From positions 128,001 to 192,000 of the forward strand of contig JAYTSD010000008.1 in the NCBI GenBank assembly GCA_043745805.1: DNA of 64,000 nucleotides. The letters are read 5' to 3'. The stretch comes from Fibrobacteria bacterium. GTDB taxonomy: Bacteria > Fibrobacterota > Fibrobacteria > UBA11236. Shown one piece after another: positions 28,219 to 38,850 of this stretch. The notes under the pieces were generated by a model. The model had not been told where the DNA came from. It was given only the letters and a program-made list of their open reading frames with translations, and made no database searches. A program made the position numbers and the translations under genes. Numbering within the stretch: position 1 is the stretch's first letter; each line of letters opens with the position of its first letter.

Positions 28219-30402
28219 TTAGTATACGAACAATAATTCGCGATACTTAGGCAATGGCCAAATGCTATCATCTACATAGAGTTCCAAACTATCTGCAATG
28301 TCACGCACAGCGTTCATAGCAGGGATTACTTCATTGAGATAAACAATTGCAGCTTTATGCACCGATTCGCCTAAAGCCTTTTCGGTAATCACTTGCAAGG
28401 CGTCGAGCTTAGTAAGTAAGCCAGAGTTCATGCCAGCAATTTTTTCCAAGAGACTTTCTTGCGCTTTAAAATCAGCTTTAGGAGCAGCACTCTTGGCAGA
28501 GACTAAACCATCAGCTAATTGCTTTTGATATTTCATTGCCGCAGGAGAAATAATCGAGCGAGCAATTTCAATAGTCATTTGTGCTTCAATATTCAAAGTC
28601 TTGTTATAACGTTCAAAGAAAATTTCTTCGCGGGATTCACTTTCCTTAGCGCTCAACACATGATACTTTTCAAACAAAGCAATAGTCTCGGGTTCAACCC
28701 AAGCTTTTAAGGCTTCTGGAGTATTTTTTGCATTGCGCAAACCACGTTTTGCCGCTTCATTATGCCATTCTTGCGAATAACCATTTCCATCAAAGCAAAT
28801 ACGTTTATGCTTGCCTAAAATATCTTTTAACAAGGCATTTAAGGCCGTGGTAAAATCTTTACCACCTTTAATTGCTGCATCTAATTGATCGCAAATATAT
28901 TCCAAGGATTCTGCAGTAATAGTATTTAATACAGTATTCACCAAAGCAATATTTGTAGAAGAACCTTGAGCGCGGAATTCGAACTTATTGCCAGTAAAAG
29001 CAAACGGCGAAGTACGGTTTCGGTCGGTAGCATCTTTACGTAATGGAGGAATAGCAGTTACCCCTACTTTTAAATCTCCACCTTGATTAGAGGAGGTTTT
29101 AGTTCCCGAAGCCAACTGTTCGATAATTTCGGCCAATTGAGAACCTAGGAAAACGGAAATAATTGCAGGAGGGGCTTCGTTAGCACCCAAACGATGGTCA
29201 TTACCAGCGGTAGCAACGGAGGCACGTAAGACGCCCTGATACTTATCTACAGCGCGAATTAAGGCGGTAAGTACCGTTAAGAACTGAGCATTGTCATGAG
29301 GCGTTAAGCCGGGTTCTAATAAATTGCCTACTTCAGGACCACCTAAAGACCAGTTGTTATGCTTGCCCGAACCATTTACACCTTTAAAAGGTTTTTCATG
29401 CAATAAGCAAACTAAACCATGTTTAACGGCGGTATTAGTCATCACTTCCATCACCATTAAATTATGATCGGAACCGATATTCACATTTTCATAAACGGGA
29501 GCCAACTCAAATTGAGCCGGAGCCACTTCATTATGACGTGTTTTAGCTGGAATACCAAGCTTAAATAATTCCATTTCCATTTCTTGCATATAAGCAAGAA
29601 TGCGATCTTTAATCGATCCAAAATAATGATCTTCAAGCTCTTGTCCCTTTGGAGGAGGGGCACCAAATAAAGAACGGCCAGAAGCGATTAAATCCGGACG
29701 CAAAGTGTACATGGCTTTATCGATTAAGAAATATTCTTGCTCAGGACCAACCGAAGCACCAATATGATTCACATTCTTACCGAAAAATTTAAGCAAGCGT
29801 ACAGCTTGTTTGGATAAGGCTTCATTGGAACGTAACAATGGGGTTTTTAAATCTAAAGCTTCGCCAGTCCATGAACAGAAGGCTGTGGGGATGGTTAAGG
29901 TTTTGCCATTTAAGCTTTCGCGAATAAATACCGGCGAAGTTGGATCCCAAGCAGTATAGCCACGGGCTTCAAATGTTGCGCGAATACCGCCACTTGGAAA
30001 TGAAGATGCATCAGGCTCGCCTTGCAATAATTCCTTACCACCAAATTCAGCGATAGTAAGTCCTTCGCCGTCAGGGCTCAAAAAGGAATCATGCTTTTCA
30101 GCTGTTAAACCTGTAAGCGGTGTAAACCAATGCGTATAGTGACTAACGCCTTTTTCAATGGCCCATTGCTTCATGCCTTTGGCAATTTGATCCGCTAAAT
30201 CGCGATCCAAAGCAGAACCTGTGTCCACAGTCTTGCGCAAAGCTTTATAAATCACTTTAGTTAAATATTTTCTTTGTTCGGCTTCACCAAAAACATTGGT
30301 TCCATAAATTTCGGTAGCAAATTTTTGTGAATAATCGACGGTTTGCGTTGGAATTTTCGCCGTGCTGGCTTTTTCCAAGGCTCTCATCCTTGCAGTAGAC
30401 AT
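28219..30402 (-). CDS. glnA: Glutamine synthetase type III
   Basis: 727 aa; HYTHWF.PLTG.TAEKHD, EPDASSFPSGG, HNEVAP, GVNGSGKHNNWS and RNRTSPFAFTGNKFEFR motifs. Confidence 0.96.
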   Translation of the reverse strand: MSTARMRALEKASTAKIPTQTVDYSQKFATEIYGTNVFGEAEQRKYLTKVIYKALRKTVDTGSALDRDLADQIAKGMKQWAIEKGVSHYTHWFTPLTGLTAEKHDSFLSPDGEGLTIAEFGGKELLQGEPDASSFPSGGIRATFEARGYTAWDPTSPVFIRESLNGKTLTIPTAFCSWTGEALDLKTPLLRSNEALSKQAVRLLKFFGKNVNHIGASVGPEQEYFLIDKAMYTLRPDLIASGRSLFGAPPPKGQELEDHYFGSIKDRILAYMQEMEMELFKLGIPAKTRHNEVAPAQFELAPVYENVNIGSDHNLMVMEVMTNTAVKHGLVCLLHEKPFKGVNGSGKHNNWSLGGPEVGNLLEPGLTPHDNAQFLTVLTALIRAVDKYQGVLRASVATAGNDHRLGANEAPPAIISVFLGSQLAEIIEQLASGTKTSSNQGGDLKVGVTAIPPLRKDATDRNRTSPFAFTGNKFEFRAQGSSTNIALVNTVLNTITAESLEYICDQLDAAIKGGKDFTTALNALLKDILGKHKRICFDGNGYSQEWHNEAAKRGLRNAKNTPEALKAWVEPETIALFEKYHVLSAKESESREEIFFERYNKTLNIEAQMTIEIARSIISPAAMKYQKQLADGLVSAKSAAPKADFKAQESLLEKIAGMNSGLLTKLDALQVITEKALGESVHKAAIVYLNEVIPAMNAVRDIADSLELYVDDSIWPLPKYRELLFVY

Positions 30403-30631
30403 GTGACCCTCTCTTTTTGATGATATGTGTAAAACAGCTATGTATATTCTGGTTTACATTTACTGAACAGAAATTTATCTGTATCGGATAGAGATTTCAA
30501 GACAAGAAAAGAGATCAAGAAAAATTAATTGTTAAGGAATGTATCGATTTCATCAATTTCCTCATTTTATTTGTCATTACTTGTCAATATTAGAGTTTAC
30601 TAGGCAACCATTAGCGGATTAGGAGCATAAT

Positions 30632-31384
30632 TTGCCTCAGCCACAACATCGCTCAAACGCAACTCCTCATAAAAAAAAGGCGGGTTTCAACCCACGGCCC
30701 GGAGCAAACCGGCCTTTCACAAAATCAGGGAAACCCAAAGGGCCGTCCCCTACGCCCGCACTTTTAGATCAGTATCTCAAAAGTTATGGGGTAACATTAA
30801 AAACACCCGTGCTCGATAAACTTTGGGCCTACCATCAACTGTTACGCAAACACAATCACGATCAGGATTTAACACGCCTCATAGGTTTTGAAACTATTGC
30901 GCAAAGACACTATGCCGATTGCATGATTTTGCATAATAAAATGGGTGGAGTTTGGCCGAGTCCACTTGTAGATATTGGCAGTGGTGCAGGATTTCCAGGC
31001 ATTATGCTTAAATTAATGTCACCCAAAACCAAAATTGTATTAGCGGAACCTAGGCCAAGGCGCGTAGACTTTCTCAACCTCGTCATTTCCGAATTAGGCT
31101 TGCAAGATATTTCGGTATTCGGTCATAAGGTAACTTCTAAAAGTTTAACCGATCCCTTTGCCGGAGCCATTACTCGGGCCTTTGAAGACATTTCAATAAC
31201 GCTATTACGCGTATCCAAAGCTTTAAGCGTGGGCGGCCAAGCCATGTTTATGAAAGGTCCTGCGGTAGTTGAAGAATTAAAAACCCTAGATCATCCTGGC
31301 TGGAAATTAACCAAAAACGAAGTCTATCGTATTCCAAATACCACACTGGATAGAGCGCTAGTCATATTTGAAAGAATTGAATGA
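30632..31384 (+). CDS. rsmG: 16S rRNA m7G527 methyltransferase
   Basis: HYAD, DIGSGAGFPG, RA and MKG motifs; AGGAG SD with TTG start. Confidence 0.9.
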   Translation: MPQPQHRSNATPHKKKAGFNPRPGANRPFTKSGKPKGPSPTPALLDQYLKSYGVTLKTPVLDKLWAYHQLLRKHNHDQDLTRLIGFETIAQRHYADCMILHNKMGGVWPSPLVDIGSGAGFPGIMLKLMSPKTKIVLAEPRPRRVDFLNLVISELGLQDISVFGHKVTSKSLTDPFAGAITRAFEDISITLLRVSKALSVGGQAMFMKGPAVVEELKTLDHPGWKLTKNEVYRIPNTTLDRALVIFERIE

Positions 31385-32136
31385 AAAATCCTAAAGAAAA
31401 AGAAGCTGTTTCACTGCTGCATCAACAAGGTTTCGGCTCAAAAAAAAATTGTGCAAAATTAATTTATAAACACCTAGCTTTTTATTCGATTGCTTTAGGC
31501 AGTGACAAAAAAATGTTTATGCCCATCGTAGAACCCTCACAACCCATTCCTTGCGAAAATATTTTTTTAAAAGTGGAAGGTTTAGAAATTCCGGTATTAC
31601 CAGAACTTTATTTGGCATTTCACAAGCCACTGAATACCGAATGCAGTCATCAACCGGGTAATTATCCCAGTGTTTTTTCTTATTTTCCTGCGCCCTTTAT
31701 CACGCGTAATTTACAAGCCATTGGCCGACTCGATACCGATACATCGGGGTTACTCTTACTCACCACCGATGGCGATTTTAATCATCGCTTAACTTCGCCC
31801 AAAAAACACATCTCCAAAACCTATGAAGTGGTTTTAGGCACCCCCATCACCGATGAACAAATACAAGTGCTTACCGAAGGCGTGCTCTTAAAAGGGGAAA
31901 CCAATTCCACTTTGCCAGCGCAAATAAAAGAAACCGGAGACCGGAAAATTCAATTAACTATTACGGAAGGTCGCTATCATCAAGTGAAACGCATGCTTGC
32001 TGCCGTGGGTAACAAAGTTCTGTCCTTGCATCGTAGTGCCATTGGTGATTTCAACGTAACCGACATTCCCGTGGGCGAATGGAGAATTTTAAGCAAAAAA
32101 GAATATTTACTTTTGGGTGTGGAACCCAAACGATGA
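31381..32136 (+). CDS. rsuA: Pseudouridine synthase, RsuA family
   Basis: GRLDTDTSGLLLLT and EGRYHQVKRM motifs. Confidence 0.88.
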   Translation: MKNPKEKEAVSLLHQQGFGSKKNCAKLIYKHLAFYSIALGSDKKMFMPIVEPSQPIPCENIFLKVEGLEIPVLPELYLAFHKPLNTECSHQPGNYPSVFSYFPAPFITRNLQAIGRLDTDTSGLLLLTTDGDFNHRLTSPKKHISKTYEVVLGTPITDEQIQVLTEGVLLKGETNSTLPAQIKETGDRKIQLTITEGRYHQVKRMLAAVGNKVLSLHRSAIGDFNVTDIPVGEWRILSKKEYLLLGVEPKR

Positions 32137-33260
32137 ATCCGAAGTATGCTACAAAGCCAAGCAAATCTATTTCCTTGGATCCAGCGGTTACCCTACTGAC
32201 CGAAAAATATACGCCTCAAGGACAAGCTTTACTGATAATAGAAGCGCAACCTGCTTGGGTTGAAAAACTCACTACGCATTTTGAAAAAGTAGTTTGTCAA
32301 AATTCCTTATTAGATGAATATCAAGCTTGTCAAATGGCGGGTAAGGATGCAAAAAAAATTACCTGCATTTTAGGTGAAATTCCATTTGCCGGATCTACAT
32401 ACTGGGTCAATCAATCCTTTGATGAAATTATTTATCGAATTCAACGTAGCTCCGCACAAGTCCATGCCACCTTGCAACAAGCCTTTGCGCTGTTAAAAAT
32501 TGGTGGTCGATTAACCGTAACCGGAGCAAATCAAGAGGGCATTAAAAGTGCCGCCAAGCATGGCGAAAACCTGTTTGGTAATTTAAATATTCTGACCTTA
32601 AAATCATCGTGCCGACTCTTACAATTTCAAAAAGAAAATACGCTTCCAAATTGCGATTTAGACGATGAAAAATATTTTGTTGACCGCGAATATACCGTAA
32701 CTTTTGGGTTACATTCTTTTAGCTATGTCACCAAGCCTGGAATATTTTCCTATCGCCATACCGATGCCGCTAGCCTTTTTTTATTACAAACGATGCCTTC
32801 CCTAGCCGGAAAAAAAGTCTTGGACTTGGCCTGTGGTTGCGGTGTATTGGCGTTAGGAGCGCATTTTTTAGGAGCCCAGTCTGTAGATGGCGTAGACAGT
32901 AATTTTGTAGCCACGGAATGCGCAAAACGCAATTTTGTAAAGGCCGGTTTAACGGGTGAAATTAGCTGCGCCGATATGCTCAATAGTAACGCAGATAAAA
33001 TAAGTGAACTCTATGATGTCATTATTTGCAATCCGCCTTTTCATCATGGAAGCCAAACCGATTATACGCTTCCGCAAAAGACTTTAGAAACCTGTTTACT
33101 AAGACTTAATGACGGTGGCGAAGTTTATTTAGTAGCCAATCAGTTCTTGGATTATATGCGGCCTGGAAAAAATTTATTTGCCGACTGCGAACAAATTGCC
33201 CAAGATAAAAGTTATCGTGTTTATCGTTTTCGTAAATCACTTCACGAACAATCGACTTAA
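32133..33260 (+). CDS. Class I SAM methyltransferase, RsmC/MTS family
   Basis: PGIFS...D, LDLACGCG and NPPFH motifs; ATGA overlap with rsuA. Confidence 0.8.
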   Translation: MNPKYATKPSKSISLDPAVTLLTEKYTPQGQALLIIEAQPAWVEKLTTHFEKVVCQNSLLDEYQACQMAGKDAKKITCILGEIPFAGSTYWVNQSFDEIIYRIQRSSAQVHATLQQAFALLKIGGRLTVTGANQEGIKSAAKHGENLFGNLNILTLKSSCRLLQFQKENTLPNCDLDDEKYFVDREYTVTFGLHSFSYVTKPGIFSYRHTDAASLFLLQTMPSLAGKKVLDLACGCGVLALGAHFLGAQSVDGVDSNFVATECAKRNFVKAGLTGEISCADMLNSNADKISELYDVIICNPPFHHGSQTDYTLPQKTLETCLLRLNDGGEVYLVANQFLDYMRPGKNLFADCEQIAQDKSYRVYRFRKSLHEQST

Positions 33261-33790
33261 TCCTTCCATTGCGGGCCCCATGATTTAGGCGGGCCCGAAT
33301 CTTCTAACGTATCTTTATTGTTACCTTTAGATTCAATCCCTTCGAGCTTTTCAATTACAAGATCTAAATCCTCTTGGTTTTTGACTATCGCAAAAAGTTG
33401 ATTAGCCGTAAGCAGCGCAAGTTCTTTCGCAATCTCCAATCTTTCATTTTCGCCTAAATGCTCAAAGCGCGAGGACCAAGCAAAAAAAGCTTGTTTAATT
33501 TTTTCTGCGCCACCTTCTTTAGTATTCACTTGCTTAGACATAAGATATCTCCTATAAAAAACTTGCGCCTCCTCAACTGTCGTAAGCAAATGCTCGGCTA
33601 ATTTTTCCAAAGACCATTTACCTTGTAAGGCCTTAGCCATAGTAATCACGGCAGCCGGAGCAACTTCGCTCCAACGATAATGTGTGGGCTTAAGATTTAA
33701 ATATTCGCGATAGGATAATGCGAAGGTATCCGCTACCCAGCAATCTTGTAGCAAAAATTTTTGCTTAGGATTTTTATCCGTAGGAATCAT
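33257..33790 (-). CDS. Hypothetical protein coupled to xseB
   Basis: 177-aa ORF whose ATG overlaps the xseB stop (TAATG). Confidence 0.65.
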   Translation of the reverse strand: MIPTDKNPKQKFLLQDCWVADTFALSYREYLNLKPTHYRWSEVAPAAVITMAKALQGKWSLEKLAEHLLTTVEEAQVFYRRYLMSKQVNTKEGGAEKIKQAFFAWSSRFEHLGENERLEIAKELALLTANQLFAIVKNQEDLDLVIEKLEGIESKGNNKDTLEDSGPPKSWGPQWKD

Positions 33791-34053
33791 TAAGCATCCT
33801 CGCTGAGGCCGCCTTCTACCCCATCCTTAACCACATCACTAAATTCGCTGTCTAAATTCGCCAAAACATCTTTTACTTTCGCTTCGGTTTCCGTTAAAAC
33901 ACTTTTGCAATATTTTAATAAACCGGCGGCTTCTACCACGCGCTCGGCCAGCACATCAATGGATATACGGCTTTGATCAATGTCTTCTAAAATTTCGTCC
34001 AGCCGTGTAATAGCTTCCGCATAATTCATGGAAGGCTCTTTATTCCCTTTCAT
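33790..34053 (-). CDS. xseB: Exodeoxyribonuclease VII small subunit
   Basis: YAEAITRLDEIL...LLKYC...L..TE.KV pattern; downstream of xseA. Confidence 0.85.
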   Translation of the reverse strand: MKGNKEPSMNYAEAITRLDEILEDIDQSRISIDVLAERVVEAAGLLKYCKSVLTETEAKVKDVLANLDSEFSDVVKDGVEGGLSEDA

Positions 34054-35464
34054 TAACAATCTCCTTTTTTGTTAAAACTTGGCTTTCAATATTTCCGTCT
34101 TGCATTTGATTAATAACTTTTTGCCCTAAATTTACTTGCGAAGCATTTGTCAAGATTTTCCCCGACGTATCACGCAAGATACTATATCCCAAACGCAAAG
34201 CCTGCGCAGGATCCGCCATTTTCATTAACTTTTCTTTTAATACCAGGCCTTCATGAGCCGCATCTAGCTTTTGCATCCATAAGCTTTTGATGGTTTTGGT
34301 TTGATTAAAGGTTTTTAATTTTTCGAGCGACCATATTTTTAAAGGCCCACGTTGCAAACCCACTAGGTTACGCTGTAACCTATCGGCTTCTCGACGCAAA
34401 AGTTGCTTGACCAAAGATTTAATCGCCCGTGACCATTCTTTGGAACGCCAAGTCTCGCCGGATTTTTGTTTTTCCCATTGTAACTTGACGGTTAAAGCTT
34501 GCGAAGCCAATTCATTGCGGGCCTGCATCCATTCTACATTCCAAATTTCTTGCACTAAACGTGCACCTTCCACTAAACGGGAAAAAGCTTGGGCTAAACG
34601 CTCTTCTAAAAATTTAGCACAATCGGTAGGGGTGATTTTATTTTCATAAGCCGCTAAATCAGCTAAAGAATTATCAATTTCATGGCCAATACCAGTTAAT
34701 ACCGGAACAGGTGAATTGGCAATGGCACGACAAATTTTTTCCGAATCAAAATAAACCAAATCCATTTTGGCGCCCCCACCACGCACCAAACAAATCACAT
34801 CCAGTGGCATTTTTCCTAAATGCTGCAAAGCCAAAAGCACGGTTTCTTCAGTATTCTCGCCTTGCATTTTGGCGCCCACAAAAGCTATTTGAAAAGAAAA
34901 TCCTGATCCTAAAAGTACACTGGTAAAATCATGATAGGCGGCAGAACTAGGTGCGGTGATTAAGCCAACGCGTAAAGGAATTTCACTGAAGGCTAGTTTT
35001 TTGTTTTTTTCCAATAATCCTTCACGCAATAGTTTTTCTAAAATTTTTTGTCGGGTTTGGCTCAATTCACCCAGGGTAAAACTTCCGTCAATATCTTTAA
35101 TACGAGGTTGAAAACGCCCTAAAGGCACATAAAAACTGGGTTCAATCAATGCGGCAATTTTTAATTCAATGCGCAACTTAAAAGGTAAGGGTAATTCCGC
35201 AAAGCGTATATTAAAGGCTTCTAATTGTGAAGTCCACAGGGTTAAATCCAAAATAGCCAATGGCTTAGAGTTGTTTTCTTCAAACTCCGCTAAACTTAAA
35301 TAAGCGACTCGTCCACGCACATTAAGCTGAGTGATCACACCCTTGACCCAAACCTGCGGTGCAGTTTTGATCAAGCGTTCCATGCTTTTATTGTATTGGG
35401 TAATGCTATAGATTTTAGGCGGGGCCGATAAGGCTAGAATGGACGCTTCTATTCCCAGACTCAT
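34040..35464 (-). CDS. xseA: Exodeoxyribonuclease VII large subunit
   Basis: VWVKG, GLITA...AA..D, RGGG, TGIGHE.D, TPT and LRLGYS motifs. Confidence 0.93.
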   Translation of the reverse strand: MSLGIEASILALSAPPKIYSITQYNKSMERLIKTAPQVWVKGVITQLNVRGRVAYLSLAEFEENNSKPLAILDLTLWTSQLEAFNIRFAELPLPFKLRIELKIAALIEPSFYVPLGRFQPRIKDIDGSFTLGELSQTRQKILEKLLREGLLEKNKKLAFSEIPLRVGLITAPSSAAYHDFTSVLLGSGFSFQIAFVGAKMQGENTEETVLLALQHLGKMPLDVICLVRGGGAKMDLVYFDSEKICRAIANSPVPVLTGIGHEIDNSLADLAAYENKITPTDCAKFLEERLAQAFSRLVEGARLVQEIWNVEWMQARNELASQALTVKLQWEKQKSGETWRSKEWSRAIKSLVKQLLRREADRLQRNLVGLQRGPLKIWSLEKLKTFNQTKTIKSLWMQKLDAAHEGLVLKEKLMKMADPAQALRLGYSILRDTSGKILTNASQVNLGQKVINQMQDGNIESQVLTKKEIVNERE

Positions 35465-35538
35465 TTTTCCACGTTCTCCATTCCCAAAGGATAAAAATAA
35501 TCGAAAAAAGCTTTAGTAGCTCGGAATTCCTTATTCTC

Positions 35539-35567
35539 TTGCCGTTCTAGGGCAGTAGTGTTAAATT
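35539..35567 (+). promoter_or_regulatory. Putative sigma70 promoter of fbaA
   Basis: TTGCCG-17 nt-TAAATT with extended -10 TG. Confidence 0.4.
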
Positions 35568-35607
35568 TGGGTCTTCTTTTTGTTTCCGTCTTGGAGGGAG
35601 TTTTTCA

Positions 35608-36636
35608 ATGCCTATCGTCGATTATAAAACCTATTGCAAAATGTTGGATGTCGCCAACGAAAAAAAATATGCTTATCCAGCTATAAATGTTTCCAGTATG
35701 GAAACAGCCAATGCTGCCTTAATTGGTTTTGCTGAAGCTAAATCCGACGGCATCGTTCAAGTCTCAACTGGTGGCGGCCAACATGCTTCTGGCTCTATGG
35801 TCAAAGACATGGTCATCGGTGCAATTTCCTTAGCGAATCATATTCAACTTATGGCTGAACGTTATAATGTTAATATCGCTTTACACACTGATCATTGCCA
35901 ACCAGGTAAAGTGGCCTCTTTTTTAAATCCTTTAATTGCCGAAACCGAAAGACGTCGCGCCCGCGGTGAAAAAAATCTTTTCAATAGTCATATGTTCGAC
36001 GGTTCGGAATTAGCCTTGCCCGAAAATATGAAAATCGCCAAAGAGCTTATGGCTATCTGCGCGAAGAATGAAATTATTTTGGAAGTGGAAGCCGGTGTAG
36101 TAGGCGGCGAAGAAGATGGCGTAAGTCATGAAGATGCTCCTGCTGAAAAATTGTACACCACACCCGAAGATATGCTTGGCGTATACGAAGCCTTATCACA
36201 ATTCAAAGGTGGACGCTATATGTTTGCCGCTACTTTCGGTAATGTACATGGTGTATACAAACCTGGTAATGTGAAACTCAAACCCGAGATTTTAAAATTA
36301 GGTCAAGAAGCTTTAAAGAAAAAATATAATGCACGTTTTGATTTGGTTTTCCATGGCGGTTCCGGTTCCACTAAAGAAGAAATTCATGAAACCTTGGATT
36401 ATGGTGTAGTGAAAATGAATGTGGATACCGATACACAATATGCCTTCACCCGTCCTATTGTCGGTCATATGTTTAAGAATTATGATGGCGTTTTAAAAAT
36501 TGAAGGTGAAGTGGGCAATAAAAAAGCTTATGACCCTCGCGCTTATTTAAAATTGGGCGAAAGAGCCATGGCTGAACGTATCAAAGAAGCGTGTGCCGAT
36601 CTTAAATCGACTGGCAAAACTTTATTCTCGGCCTAA
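35608..36636 (+). CDS. fbaA: Fructose-bisphosphate aldolase class II
   Basis: LHTDHC, SHMFDGS, GGEEDG, FGNVHGVYKPG, FHGGSG and YDPR motifs. Confidence 0.96.
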   Translation: MPIVDYKTYCKMLDVANEKKYAYPAINVSSMETANAALIGFAEAKSDGIVQVSTGGGQHASGSMVKDMVIGAISLANHIQLMAERYNVNIALHTDHCQPGKVASFLNPLIAETERRRARGEKNLFNSHMFDGSELALPENMKIAKELMAICAKNEIILEVEAGVVGGEEDGVSHEDAPAEKLYTTPEDMLGVYEALSQFKGGRYMFAATFGNVHGVYKPGNVKLKPEILKLGQEALKKKYNARFDLVFHGGSGSTKEEIHETLDYGVVKMNVDTDTQYAFTRPIVGHMFKNYDGVLKIEGEVGNKKAYDPRAYLKLGERAMAERIKEACADLKSTGKTLFSA

Positions 36637-36668
36637 GCTTTAGTAAAAACTAAAAAAGAAATGTACCC

Positions 36669-36698
36669 AAAGGCTCTCTCTAATCAGGGAGCCTTTTT
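36669..36698 (+). terminator. Rho-independent terminator of fbaA
   Basis: AAAGGCTCTCT-ctaatc-AGGGAGCCTTTTT. Confidence 0.75.
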
Positions 36699-36701
36699 AA
36701 T

Positions 36702-36917
36702 TTGGGACCTCGTCTTAATCTCCCGCTAGGCGAGAAATTTGTTTTCCGAGTGGGAGTTGGACCTCTAATCTGGAGAGAAAATTGGAATGGCGTAGTTAAA
36801 GGATATACTAAAGACAGTTTTTATGGAGCCGCCACAAATAACAAATACCAAACCAATTTTATTTGGTACGGTGGCAATTTGGATTTTGAATGGAAGCTTG
36901 CAATAAAAAGGGGTTAA
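36702..36917 (+). pseudogene. Remnant of an outer-membrane beta-barrel-like gene
   Basis: Protein-like alternating beta-strand pattern (FVFRVGVGP, FIWYGGNLDFEWK). No SD or signal peptide; lies between two terminators. Confidence 0.45.
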
Positions 36918-36927
36918 TCCCCTTTTT
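36905..36927. terminator. Bidirectional terminator-like hairpin overlapping the fabF stop
   Basis: AAAAAGGGG-TTAAT-CCCCTTTTT, a perfect 9-bp inverted repeat. Confidence 0.55.
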
Positions 36928-38152
36928 CAAATACCACGCAACTATTATGACCACCGAAACCAAAACTATTATTGATTCCATATTGAGTCGAAGTGGTCGA
37001 CATAATATTCGGAACACAATCGACATCACATTCAGGATCTTGATTTTCCACATTTAATGTGGGATGCACTTTTCCAGAATTTAAAGTCATCAGCAATACC
37101 ACGGCTTCCAAAGCCGAAGCGCCACCCAATAAATGACCCACCATACTTTTGGTAGCATGCACTTTAAGGTTACGTATTTGATCACCAAAAACTCGACGCA
37201 AAGCTTTTATTTCCGCAGCATCACCGAGCGGAGTAGAGGTAGCATGCGCGTTAACAATACCAATTTCCGATTTTTGTATGCCAGCATCGGCGATAGCATT
37301 CTCTACTGCTAAACATACGCCTTCGCCTGTTTCTAAAGGAGCAGACATGTGGTATGCATCACAACTCATGCCATAACCTTTAACAATCCCTAAGATTTTT
37401 GCACCACGACGTTCCGCATGTTCACGAGATTCCAGTACCATTACGCCAGCACCCTCGCCTAAAACAAAACCATCCCTATCTTTATCAAAAGGCCGAGACG
37501 CTTTAGAAGGGTCTTCATTACGGCGCGATAAAGCTTTCATATTTCCAAAACCGGCTACCGAGACTTCGCAAACCGATTCTTCACCACCACCTGCCAACAT
37601 AACATCCGCCTTACCTAAACGGATTTGATCAGCTGCAGTGATAATTGCGTGATTACCAGAGGAACAAGCTGAAGTCACCGACCAATTAGGCCCACGCCAA
37701 CCCAAACGAATAGCGACCATACCACTTGCCATATTGGTGATAGACATAGGCACAAAAAAGGGAGACACACGCTTGGGACCCTTGGTCACATAGTTTCCAG
37801 CATTTTCGGTAAAGGTTTCTATACCCCCCATACCCGAACCCAAAATCATTCCTGCGCGATTTATATTCACAGGATAATTTTTTAATCCTGCCCGTTCCAC
37901 CGCGGTTACGGCAGCATGCATCATATATTGAATAAAGCGACTCGTACGTCCCACCTCTTTCGCATCGAAATAAGGTGAAGCATCAAATTGTTTAACCTCT
38001 CCACCAAAACGCGTTGAGAATTGGCTCGTATCGAAACGATCAATATTACTGATACCCGATTTTCCCGCTAAAAGATTTTGAAATAATTCTTCGGGACTAT
38101 TTCCTAAAGAACTAACAACACCAAAACCTGTAATTACAATTTCTTTTTGCAT
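36914..38152 (-). CDS. fabF: 3-oxoacyl-ACP synthase II
   Basis: SACSSG, SRPFDKDRDGFVLGEG, NAHATST, KSMVGHLLG and NSFGFGGHN motifs. Confidence 0.96.
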   Translation of the reverse strand: MQKEIVITGFGVVSSLGNSPEELFQNLLAGKSGISNIDRFDTSQFSTRFGGEVKQFDASPYFDAKEVGRTSRFIQYMMHAAVTAVERAGLKNYPVNINRAGMILGSGMGGIETFTENAGNYVTKGPKRVSPFFVPMSITNMASGMVAIRLGWRGPNWSVTSACSSGNHAIITAADQIRLGKADVMLAGGGEESVCEVSVAGFGNMKALSRRNEDPSKASRPFDKDRDGFVLGEGAGVMVLESREHAERRGAKILGIVKGYGMSCDAYHMSAPLETGEGVCLAVENAIADAGIQKSEIGIVNAHATSTPLGDAAEIKALRRVFGDQIRNLKVHATKSMVGHLLGGASALEAVVLLMTLNSGKVHPTLNVENQDPECDVDCVPNIMSTTSTQYGINNSFGFGGHNSCVVFEKGD

Positions 38153-38278
38153 TCACTCTCTCTGCTTTGAATGACATTCCCGGTGTGCATAAAACCGGCG
38201 ATTCTTCGACAAAAATCCACTCGACCTCAACCAGAACCCTTGTTATGTTTGTGTAAAGATAAGAAAATAGGAGTATAA

Positions 38279-38848
38279 TTGAACAAAACTTCAAACCATC
38301 TCGTATGGATAGATTTAGAAATGACGGGCTTAGATCCGGAGAAAGATCAAATTTTGGAAATCGCCACCATAATCACCGATAGCGAGCTAAATATTATTGC
38401 TGAAGGGCCAAATTTAGCGCTTTTTCGGGGTGAAGAAACCCTAAAATTGATGGATGATTGGAATCAAAATCAACATGGTTCCTCCGGTCTTTTGCATCAA
38501 GTCCGCAACTCCACCGAAACAGATTCGAGTGCCGAAGAAAAAACCCTCGCTTTTATTGCGCAGTTTTGTGGCCCAAGAGAATCACCGCTTTGTGGAAATT
38601 CCGTTGGACAAGATAAACGTTTTTTGCATAAATATATGCCACGTTTAAGTGAGTATTTGCATTATCGTATTGTCGATGTAAGTACCGTTAAGGAATTGGC
38701 AAATCGCTGGTATCCTACGGCCCCTATATTCAAAAAACAAGAAGCGCATACAGCCCTAGCGGATATTCGAGAGTCCGTCGCCGAATTAGTTTATTTCCGT
38801 CAATTAATTTTCAAATCTAAAGAAGCATTGCTTTCTTCTGGAGGATAA
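38279..38848 (+). CDS. orn: Oligoribonuclease
   Basis: LVWIDLEMTGL, LCGNSV..D, HYRIVDVST and H.AL.DI.ES motifs. Confidence 0.96.
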   Translation: MNKTSNHLVWIDLEMTGLDPEKDQILEIATIITDSELNIIAEGPNLALFRGEETLKLMDDWNQNQHGSSGLLHQVRNSTETDSSAEEKTLAFIAQFCGPRESPLCGNSVGQDKRFLHKYMPRLSEYLHYRIVDVSTVKELANRWYPTAPIFKKQEAHTALADIRESVAELVYFRQLIFKSKEALLSSGG

Positions 38849-38850
38849 TC

